Shown here: positions 57,457-64,000 of the stretch, piece after piece
How the letters are laid out: every line of letters starts with the position of its first letter
Position numbering within the stretch: the stretch's first letter is position 1
Assembly (NCBI GenBank): GCA_035465395.1
Contig: DATHRK010000015.1
Span: forward strand, 7,916 to 71,915
Direction: 5' to 3'
DNA length: 64,000 nt
From: Longimicrobiales bacterium
GTDB lineage: Bacteria > Gemmatimonadota > Gemmatimonadetes > Longimicrobiales > RSA9
Program-made: the position numbers and the translations under genes
The notes under the pieces: model-generated
Told to the model about the DNA's origin: nothing
Seen by the model: only the letters and a program-made list of their open reading frames with translations
Databases searched by the model: none

Positions 57457-59196
57457 ATGGAAGGCATCGAACAGCTAATAGGCGCGACCAAGAGCTTCCT
57501 CGACAACACCGGGATACCGGTGGCCGGCGAGACGATCCCCTTCAAGGTGATCGTCCTCCTCGGCGCGGGGATCTTCCTGACGCTGCGGCTGGGGTTCGTC
57601 CAGTTCCGTCACCTGTTCCACGGGTTCGCCGTGACGACGGGACGCTACGACGACCCGGCGGAGCCCGGCGACGTGTCGCACTTCCAGGCGCTGACCACCG
57701 CGCTCTCGGCGACCGTCGGGATCGGCAACATCGCCGGCGCCGCCTGGGCGATCCACTACGGGGGGCCCGGCGCGCTCTTCTGGATGTGGGTTACCGCCCT
57801 CCTCGGGATGGCGACCAAGTTCTCGGAGGTGACGCTCGCGCAGCGGTACCGCTCGGTGGAGGCGGACCAGGACCCGATCCGCTGGGAAGGCACCGTGTCG
57901 GGCGGCCCGATGTACTACATCGAGCGAGGTCTGGGGCCGGCGTGGAAGCCCCTGGCGGTGTTCTTCGCGATCATGCTCGGGTTCACCGCGTTCATCACCG
58001 GGAACGCGGTGCAGGCGAACACGCTCGCCGACACCATGGAGTCGACGTTCGCGATTCCGAACTACGTGACCGGGCTCGTGGCGGCCGGGCTGATCTCGGC
58101 GGTCATCGTGGGTGGCATCTCCCGGATCGGGCGCGTCACGGGGATCCTCGCGCCCGTCATGGCGGCGATCTACGTGACCGGCGCCGTGCTCATCATCCTG
58201 CTCAACATCGGCGAGCTGCTGCCGGCGATCTCCCTCATCCTCACCGAGGCATTCAACCCGTCCGCGGGCGTGGCCGGCACGGGCGTGGGGGCGCTGCTCG
58301 TCACGCTGAACTGGGGCGTGGACCGGGGGCTGTTCTCCAACGAGGCGGGCCAGGGCTCGGCGCCCATCGCGCACGCCGCGGCCAAGACCGATGAGCCGGT
58401 GTCCGAGGGCGTGGTGGGGCTCGTCGAGCCCTTCATCGACACGATCGTCATCGTCTCCATGACCGCGCTGGTGATCATCATGACCGGCACGTGGGACCTC
58501 AGGGTGCCGTCGGAGGTCACCATCGCTGGCGGCGACGTGACCTACCGCATGGTCGACGACGAGACCGGCTCCACGATCGTCGCGGCGGCGCCGACGGAGA
58601 TCCGGGTCGTCGACGGCGCGCAGGAATCGGCCGACGACGCCGCGGCCTTCGCCTGGCATGACGTCATCGTCGACCGGTTCTACCTCGACCTCGACCAGAC
58701 GACCCCGTTCTCGGGCACGATCACCCCGGGCGGCGCCGCCGTCGGGCTCGACGGGACGACGTATACGAGCCTGTACGCGGACGCTCCGGAGGGCGGTGCG
58801 CCGTTGACCATGCTCGCGTTCCGCAGAGGCCTCGCGCCGATCGGCGACTTCGGCCACTGGATCGTGATCATCTCGGTATTGCTGTTCGGCATCTCGACCG
58901 CGATCTCGTGGAGCTACTACGGCGACCGCTGCGCGCGGTACCTCATGGGCAAGAAGGCGGTGTTGCCCTACAAGTTCGCCTACGTCGCGATGTTCTTCGT
59001 CGGCGCCATCATCGCGCCCGCCTCGGCCTGGGAGCTGGGGGACATCGCGCTGGCGATCGTGATCATCCCGAACCTGCTCGCGCTGGTCCTGCTGTCCGGC
59101 GAGATCCGGCAGATGATGGACAGCTACTTCGAGCGGAAGCCGTGGATCGAGAACGCCGAGGTGCACCGGCGCCTGAAGCAGGAAGGCAAGGTGTAA
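57457..59196 (+). CDS. Alanine/glycine:cation symporter (AGCS family)
   Basis: HFQALTTALSATVGIGNIAGAAWAIHYGGPGALFWMW, SNEAGQGSAPIAHAAAKT. GGGAG Shine-Dalgarno sequence. Carries an insert of about 100 aa. Confidence 0.9.
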   Translation: MEGIEQLIGATKSFLDNTGIPVAGETIPFKVIVLLGAGIFLTLRLGFVQFRHLFHGFAVTTGRYDDPAEPGDVSHFQALTTALSATVGIGNIAGAAWAIHYGGPGALFWMWVTALLGMATKFSEVTLAQRYRSVEADQDPIRWEGTVSGGPMYYIERGLGPAWKPLAVFFAIMLGFTAFITGNAVQANTLADTMESTFAIPNYVTGLVAAGLISAVIVGGISRIGRVTGILAPVMAAIYVTGAVLIILLNIGELLPAISLILTEAFNPSAGVAGTGVGALLVTLNWGVDRGLFSNEAGQGSAPIAHAAAKTDEPVSEGVVGLVEPFIDTIVIVSMTALVIIMTGTWDLRVPSEVTIAGGDVTYRMVDDETGSTIVAAAPTEIRVVDGAQESADDAAAFAWHDVIVDRFYLDLDQTTPFSGTITPGGAAVGLDGTTYTSLYADAPEGGAPLTMLAFRRGLAPIGDFGHWIVIISVLLFGISTAISWSYYGDRCARYLMGKKAVLPYKFAYVAMFFVGAIIAPASAWELGDIALAIVIIPNLLALVLLSGEIRQMMDSYFERKPWIENAEVHRRLKQEGKV

Positions 59197-59228
59197 GGCT
59201 TCGAGAGCGACGCGCCTCGACGAAGTGC

Positions 59229-59263
59229 TGCGGGGCAAGCGGAGGCGATCCGCTTGCCCCGCA
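59229..59263. terminator. Strong bidirectional terminator hairpin between convergent genes
   Basis: 14-bp stem TGCGGGGCAAGCGG / CCGCTTGCCCCGCA with a 7-nt loop. Confidence 0.6.
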
Positions 59264-59293
59264 ATCTATGGAAAACCGTTCCCCGCTACCGAT

Positions 59294-59800
59294 CTACTCC
59301 TCGGCGGGCAGGACCACGGTGTCGATGACGTGAATCACGCCGTTTGACGCCGGCACGTCGGCCGCGACCACGGTCGCGGCGTCCACCATGACCGTGCCTT
59401 CCACCACGCGCACGCTCAGCGCCTGGCCCTGTGCGGTCGTCGGCGCGGCCTTCCCCGCGGAGAGCACGTCTGCCGCCGAGATACGCCCCGGTACGACGTG
59501 ATACTTGAGAATGGCGGCCAGCTTGTCGGTGTCGGCCAGAAGCGCCTCCACGGTCCCCTCGGGAAGCTTGGCGAACGCCTCATCCGTAGGGGCGAAGACG
59601 GTGAACGGGCCGTCGCTCTTCAGCACGTCAACGAGCCCGGCGGCTTCGACCGCGGCCAGCAGCGTCTGGAAGGATCCGGCTTCCGCCGCGACCTCCACGA
59701 TGTCGCCACCCTCAGCCGCCTCCTCCTGCGCCGTGAGCGCCATCGGGAAGGCGAGAACCGCGAGCATGCCCAGGCCGGGCAGCACCTTGGAAACATTCAC
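59294..59800 (-). CDS. Fasciclin (FAS1) domain protein, secreted
   Basis: GPFTVFAPTDEAFAKLP, KYHVVPG, NGVIHVIDTVVLP, with a signal peptide. GTG at 59800 has AAGGGG upstream; the alternative is ATG at 59767. Confidence 0.8.
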   Translation of the reverse strand: MNVSKVLPGLGMLAVLAFPMALTAQEEAAEGGDIVEVAAEAGSFQTLLAAVEAAGLVDVLKSDGPFTVFAPTDEAFAKLPEGTVEALLADTDKLAAILKYHVVPGRISAADVLSAGKAAPTTAQGQALSVRVVEGTVMVDAATVVAADVPASNGVIHVIDTVVLPAEE

Positions 59801-59842
59801 TTGAGTACCCCTTGCTACAGGTTTGTTTAAGTCGTGTCCAGA

Positions 59843-59871
59843 ACAGTACGCCTCCAATGCGGGGATGTCAA
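59843..59871 (-). promoter_or_regulatory. Candidate promoter of the fasciclin gene
   Basis: Minus strand reads TTGACA (59866-59871), a 17-nt spacer, then TACTGT (59843-59848). Confidence 0.5.
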
Positions 59872-59892
59872 GGATCTGTTCAAGACGTAGCC

Positions 59893-59921
59893 TTGACACT
59901 CATTCGCCGTGCATCTACCGT
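59893..59921 (+). promoter_or_regulatory. Candidate promoter of the carH-like gene
   Basis: TTGACA (59893-59898), a 17-nt spacer, then TACCGT (59916-59921). It mirrors the fasciclin promoter. Confidence 0.5.
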
Positions 59922-59954
59922 GGGAGAGACCGCGGGTCCCCCGAAGTCGTCAAC

Positions 59955-60890
59955 ATGACCACGAGCGATAAGAGAGAAGCTGCCATCCACCCGATCGGCG
60001 TCGTCGCGGAGCGCGCCGGCGTCAGCCCCGACGTCGTGCGCGCATGGGAGCGGCGTTATGGGGTCGTGGAGCCGGAGCGAGATGCTTCCGGCCGGCGTGT
60101 ATACACCCAGTCGGACATCGACCGGCTGGTCCTCCTGGCGCGAGCTACAGAGGGCGGCCGCTCCATCGGTCAGGTCGCGAACCTCGAGGACGAAGTGCTC
60201 GAAGAGCTCATTCGCCAGAGGGTCGCCGCCCGCGCCTCCACCGGTCCGCTGGATCTACCCGCGGATTCGGGAGAACTGGTCCAGGAGGGGATGCGCCTCG
60301 TGCGCGCTCTCGATGGGCACCAACTGGAGGTGTTCCTCCTGCACGCGGCATCGCGCCACGGCGTTCCCGTCCTCCTGCGCGCCGTGGTCGGTCCCCTCTT
60401 CCGCGCAATCGGCGTCGAGTGGCACGCCGGCAATCTGACGGCGGCGCAGGAGCACCTGGCGACGACGACCGTACGGGGTGTGCTCGTGCGCTTGCTCGGA
60501 AGCCTCCCTCGGATCGACGATGCGCCGGTTCTGCTTGCCGCGACGCCGACCGGCGAAAGGCACGAAATAGGGATTTTGATGGTCGTGGCGGAAGCCGTCA
60601 CGCTGGGCTGGCGCGTCACCTATCTCGGCGCGGATCTCCCCGCCGAGGAGATCGCGTCGGCCGCGAAGCAGACGGGGGCTCGCGCGGTTGCCCTGGGTGC
60701 GGTGTACACGCCGGACCCGGCGCGTCTGGTGAGGGAGATCGCCGCGCTTCGCCGAGCCCTTTCGGAGGACATCGCCCTCATGGTGGGAGGCGCAGCCGTC
60801 CGCCCCCTCGACCTACCCGAGGGCGACGGAAAGACCGTCTACATACGGGACCTCGACGAGCTGCGAACCGAGTTGAACGCGCTGGCCTGA
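59955..60890 (+). CDS. carH: MerR-family, B12-binding light-responsive regulator (CarH/LitR type)
   Basis: MerR HTH IGVVAERAGVSPDVVRAWERRYG. Wx9EH motif WHAGNLTAAQEH (W codon at 60420-60422). B12 loop GERHEIG (His codon at 60561-60563), followed by a Rossmann-like region. Confidence 0.8.
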   Translation: MTTSDKREAAIHPIGVVAERAGVSPDVVRAWERRYGVVEPERDASGRRVYTQSDIDRLVLLARATEGGRSIGQVANLEDEVLEELIRQRVAARASTGPLDLPADSGELVQEGMRLVRALDGHQLEVFLLHAASRHGVPVLLRAVVGPLFRAIGVEWHAGNLTAAQEHLATTTVRGVLVRLLGSLPRIDDAPVLLAATPTGERHEIGILMVVAEAVTLGWRVTYLGADLPAEEIASAAKQTGARAVALGAVYTPDPARLVREIAALRRALSEDIALMVGGAAVRPLDLPEGDGKTVYIRDLDELRTELNALA

Positions 60891-60891
60891 C

Positions 60892-60906
60892 GCGCGCAAA
60901 GCGCGC
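60892..60906. terminator. Short GC hairpin between convergent genes
   Basis: GCGCGC-AAA-GCGCGC. No U-tract follows. Confidence 0.25.
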
Positions 60907-60938
60907 TGCGGCGGCCATCCGGGCCACGGGGCGCCGAC

Positions 60939-61412
60939 CTAGTCGAGCCCTTCCAGCACGGCGATCGCGTCGCGTGCCGTCAGCCGCCCCACCTTGCCGC
61001 TCGAGTACACGGCGTGGGCGACCGTCCCGTCCCGGTGGAGCACGAAGCCGGCCGGCTGAACGTGGGCCTTGCCCTCGCGGGTGCCCGTGTAACAGCCGAT
61101 GGCTCGGGACATGGCCTCGGCGTCCAGCCCGTAGAGAACGGTGTAGTGGAGATCGAGCCGTTCGACGACGCCGCGCGCGTCCGATTCCGAATCGGACGAC
61201 AGCGCGACCACCTGCGCGTCCAGGGCCTCGATCTCGGCCAGATGCTCCTCCATGTCGGCCAACTGCCGACGACAGTGGCTTCACCAATGTCCGCGGTAGA
61301 ACACGAGGACGGCGCGCAGGCCGTCGAGGTCGTCGGGGATAGCGAAGTGGCTACCATCGACGGCCTGCGCGTCGACGTGCGGGAAGCGGTCACCGGTGGC
61401 GAGCTTGGTCAT
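60939..61412 (-). CDS. Peroxiredoxin-like (PRX_like2/AhpC-TSA) protein with an in-frame TGA; probable selenoprotein (UxxC)
   Basis: Track ORFs 61281..61658 and 60939..61262 share one frame. The joined product reads ...VLVFYRGHW-[TGA 61281-61283]-SHCRRQL...VVALSSD, matching the WCxxC...S.D pattern. ATG at 61412. Confidence 0.65.
61254..61270 (-). promoter_or_regulatory. SECIS-like hairpin downstream of the in-frame UGA
   Basis: The mRNA can form GUCGGC-AGUUG-GCCGAC: six perfect base pairs and a 5-nt loop containing GU. It starts 10 nt after the UGA. Confidence 0.45.
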
Positions 61413-61584
61413 GGGTAGTCGGGGCCTGATCGTCGGGGTCTCCGGCGTCTTCGCTCTGCAAATGCGATTCCGGAGCGGTCCGTTCCGGTACGCGTCGCGC
61501 CCTCCGTGGCGAGACCCTACTTTCGCGGCGGTCCACGGCACCGGGCGCAGCCGCGGGGCCGACGTCCGCCGTAGGAGGTGTGCC

Positions 61585-62124
61585 ATGGCATGGGATCTCG
61601 ACACGCTGGCGAAGCTGGGCGAGTTCGTCGGCGGCTCCTTCGTCGTGGTGACCCTCATCTACCTGGCCTACCAGGTCCGTCAGAATACGCAATCGCTCCG
61701 CAGCGAGAACTACGCGCGCGTGCTCGAGCGCATGTCGACGCTGCAGTCACGGCTGGCCGCCGATCCCGATGTCAACCGCGTGATAGCGGTCGGAGCCGAC
61801 GATCCCGCGAAGCTCAGCCCGAGCGACCGCATGCGGCTGGGCTGGGCGCTGTACGAGCTGTTCGGCGCCGCCGAATTCATGCACCACATGAACCGGAACA
61901 GGGCGCTGCCAGCCGAGGTCTGGGAGCGGTGGGACGCATCGCTCGCCTGGTGGCTGTCCCACGTTGGCATTCGCCGGTGGTGGGAGGCGAAGCCGGCGCC
62001 CATGAGCACCAGCTTCGAGGCCCACGTCGAGGACGTGCTGGCACGGCCGCTCATCGACCCGGGCCGGGAGAGGAAATGGCGGAGGTTCGTGGCGGGGGAG
62101 AGTCCGAACGATCCGGCGCCGTGA
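61585..62124 (+). CDS. Hypothetical N-terminally anchored protein
   Basis: ATG with GGAGG 6 nt upstream. One TM helix ([16 protein letters not shown]). Confidence 0.55.
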   Translation: MAWDLDTLAKLGEFVGGSFVVVTLIYLAYQVRQNTQSLRSENYARVLERMSTLQSRLAADPDVNRVIAVGADDPAKLSPSDRMRLGWALYELFGAAEFMHHMNRNRALPAEVWERWDASLAWWLSHVGIRRWWEAKPAPMSTSFEAHVEDVLARPLIDPGRERKWRRFVAGESPNDPAP

Positions 62125-63596
62125 GGCCGCGCAGCGAGGTCCTCGGCGGCGCGGCCGGCTTCGTGTCTCTGGCGCTGGTGAGCGCGTGCTTCGCGCCCGC
62201 GCCGTCCAGAGCCCAGGAGCCGTCCTCCGCCCCTCCCCGGGCCGAAGAAAGGCCGATCGCGATCCTCGGCGGCGAGATGTTCGACGCGGTTGCGGGCCGG
62301 ATCGTTCCCAACCCGGGCATTCTGGTCGTTGCGGGTCGGATCGTCGGGGTGGGAACGCTCACCCCGGCCGATACCGTGGCCGCCGACGTGCGCGTCCTCG
62401 CCGCGGGCGAGGTCGTGCTTCCGGGGCTCATCGACCTCCACGCGCACTACGCCATAGACCTGTTCGGCGATGGCCGCGTCGACGAGCTAGAGGCCTATCC
62501 GCTCCTGTTCCTAGCGAACGGTGTCACCACGACGTTCCCCGCGGGAGAGATGCAGCCCGACCGGGTCGAGGAGGCCGCGCGCCGCTGGGCCAGCGGGCAG
62601 CCCGGAGATCCTCCGGGCCCCAGGCTCGTGCGTTCGGGGCCGTACTTCGGATCGTGGCGTCCGGGCTGGGACGACGCGGCCATGACGCCCGACTCGATCG
62701 CCGTGGAGGTCGACTACTGGGCGGCTCGCGGGGTCGCGGGGTTCAAGGCGAAGGGCATCCGCGCCGAACAGCTTCGCGCGCTTATCGAGCGCGCCCACGC
62801 GCACGGCATCACGGTGACCGGCCATCTCGACTCAGGCTATCGCGGATCGGTCAACACGGCCGACGCCATCGCCATGGGGATCGACCGGATCGAGCACTTC
62901 CTCGGCGGCGCGACGACGCCTCCCGAGCGCTCCGCCTACGCGTCCCTCGCGGCCCTCACGGACGCCGACAGCGCCGCCCTCCGCTCGACCATCCAGCGAT
63001 TCCTGCAAGCCGGCGTGTACTTCGACGCGACGCTCTCCACGTACGGGTACTGGGGCCCGCACGACCCCCAGCTCGTCGCCCACTGGACGGACGAGAAGCG
63101 CTTTCTGACGCCGTACGCGCGGACGGCGGTGGAAGCGCGTCCGCCCAGGCCGGTCAACGAGCTCTTCGCGAGGGTTTTCGAGGCGAAGCGGCGCACCCTC
63201 GCCGCGTTCTACGACGCCGGAGGCCGCGAGCTGATCACGCTCGGCACCGACCATCCGAGTTGGGGAGAGTACTTCTCTCCCTTCAGCGCTCACCGCGAGA
63301 TGCTCGCGCTCGTGGGTGCCGGCATCCCGGCGGCCGATGTCCTGCGCATCGCGACCCTGAACGGCGCACGCGCTCTCGGCCTGGGGGATCGCCTGGGCAG
63401 CATCGAGCCCGGCAAATGGGCGGACCTGGTCGTCGTCGGAGGCGACCCCGTGGCGGACATCCGCCACGCGCGCGACGTGCGTTGGGTGGTGGTGCGGGGC
63501 AGGGGGTACGATCCGGCGAGCCTGCTCGCGATGGCGGAGGGAACCATCGGGCCGGAGTCCGCGGAAGACGAGCCGTGGTGGCGGCCGGGCAGGTAG
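62121..63596 (+). CDS. Amidohydrolase-family metallo-hydrolase (secreted)
   Basis: Signal peptide, metal-binding motif [12 protein letters not shown]-terminal [18 protein letters not shown] overlap with the upstream stop. Confidence 0.8.
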   Translation: MRPRSEVLGGAAGFVSLALVSACFAPAPSRAQEPSSAPPRAEERPIAILGGEMFDAVAGRIVPNPGILVVAGRIVGVGTLTPADTVAADVRVLAAGEVVLPGLIDLHAHYAIDLFGDGRVDELEAYPLLFLANGVTTTFPAGEMQPDRVEEAARRWASGQPGDPPGPRLVRSGPYFGSWRPGWDDAAMTPDSIAVEVDYWAARGVAGFKAKGIRAEQLRALIERAHAHGITVTGHLDSGYRGSVNTADAIAMGIDRIEHFLGGATTPPERSAYASLAALTDADSAALRSTIQRFLQAGVYFDATLSTYGYWGPHDPQLVAHWTDEKRFLTPYARTAVEARPPRPVNELFARVFEAKRRTLAAFYDAGGRELITLGTDHPSWGEYFSPFSAHREMLALVGAGIPAADVLRIATLNGARALGLGDRLGSIEPGKWADLVVVGGDPVADIRHARDVRWVVVRGRGYDPASLLAMAEGTIGPESAEDEPWWRPGR

Positions 63597-63614
63597 AGCG
63601 CCATCGTCACGTCC

Positions 63615-64000
63615 ATGGTCACGGCAAACGGGCGTTCCGTCCCGAGCCACGGCGCGCGCGACGGGCGGGTGGCCGCCATCGTCCTGGCGGCGGGCCTCTC
63701 GCGCCGGCTGGGTCGCAACAAGCTGCTCGCGGAGATCGACGGCGAGCCGCTCGTGCGACGGGCCGCCCGGCGCGCTCTCGAGGCCGGCCTCGACCCGGTG
63801 CTGGTCGTCGTCGGACACGAGCGGGAGCGGACGGAGGCTGCCCTGGCGGGCCTCGACTGCCGGCCGGTCTTCAACCCGCGCTACGAGGAGGACGGCCGGA
63901 CCGGGTCGCTGCGAACCGGCATCGTCGCGGTCCCCGACGACGCCGCCGGCGCGATGGTGATCCTGGCCGACATGCCGCGCGTCGAGGCGGCGAGCATGCG
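63615..64000 (+). CDS. MobA/MocA-like nucleotidyltransferase (5' partial, runs off the window)
   Basis: AAIVLAAGLSRRLGRNKLLAEIDGEPLV, MVILADMP. No stop codon before the window end. Confidence 0.7.
   Translation, partial: MVTANGRSVPSHGARDGRVAAIVLAAGLSRRLGRNKLLAEIDGEPLVRRAARRALEAGLDPVLVVVGHERERTEAALAGLDCRPVFNPRYEEDGRTGSLRTGIVAVPDDAAGAMVILADMPRVEAASM

Noticed and set aside
60939-61658. Reading the peroxiredoxin-like locus as two independent small genes or a plain pseudogene
   Set aside because: The upstream track ORF's first 82 codons have no support; the real start is the ATG at 61412. The downstream ORF would need a TTG start inside the conserved CxxC region. The single in-frame TGA at the catalytic Cys, plus the hairpin, favours Sec recoding. 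A pseudogene remains the alternative if the genome has no Sec machinery.

Overview
The window is a very GC-rich bacterial chromosomal segment; third codon positions are almost all G/C. TolC-family and beta-barrel outer-membrane proteins and many lipobox lipoproteins indicate a diderm. That gene content plus an alternative complex III operon suggests a Gemmatimonadota-like lineage, but this is inference only. I call about 60 protein-coding genes, densely packed and often joined by 1-4 nt start/stop overlaps.

Recognisable content:
- a UbiB/ABC1 kinase
- a MacB-permease/adaptor/TolC efflux operon with no ATPase gene
- a coupled class-V aminotransferase / NUDIX / ChlI-like AAA+ operon, whose likely VWA partner lies 5.6 kb away
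- a sigma-54 enhancer-binding protein with a degenerate receiver domain
- mutY
- a BON-LysM protein
- an acyl-CoA desaturase with a long helical tail
- a coupled hydrolase-OsmC / Tat LD-carboxypeptidase / CPBP protease operon
- an ABC-2 exporter pair
- an orphan GspE/PilB-type ATPase
- a tightly coupled lipoprotein / DUF255-thioredoxin / LuxE / LuxC operon
- an orphan AbrB-like gene, a lytic transglycosylase and a histidine kinase operon
- a complete alternative complex III operon (actABCDEF)
- a TrmJ-like methyltransferase, a GMC oxidoreductase, an S8 protease, a D-Cys desulfhydrase/ACC deaminase homologue, a DinB protein and an alanine/glycine:cation symporter
- a fasciclin protein divergent from a CarH/LitR-type B12 photoreceptor regulator
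- an amidohydrolase

The most notable observations are:
1. A peroxiredoxin-like gene is split by the ORF track at an in-frame TGA. The TGA sits exactly at the first Cys of its CxxC motif and is followed by a SECIS-like hairpin, so it is a probable selenoprotein.
2. The CarH-type regulator has intact Wx9EH and ExHxxG motifs and sits behind a mirror-symmetric pair of divergent promoters.
3. The LuxE/LuxC fatty-aldehyde module is embedded in a four-gene coupled operon of unknown function.

I recognised no rRNA, tRNA, CRISPR array, transposase or integrase. Many very long ORFs in the track are antisense shadows typical of high-GC DNA and were rejected. All functional calls rest on motif recognition by eye; no database search was run.
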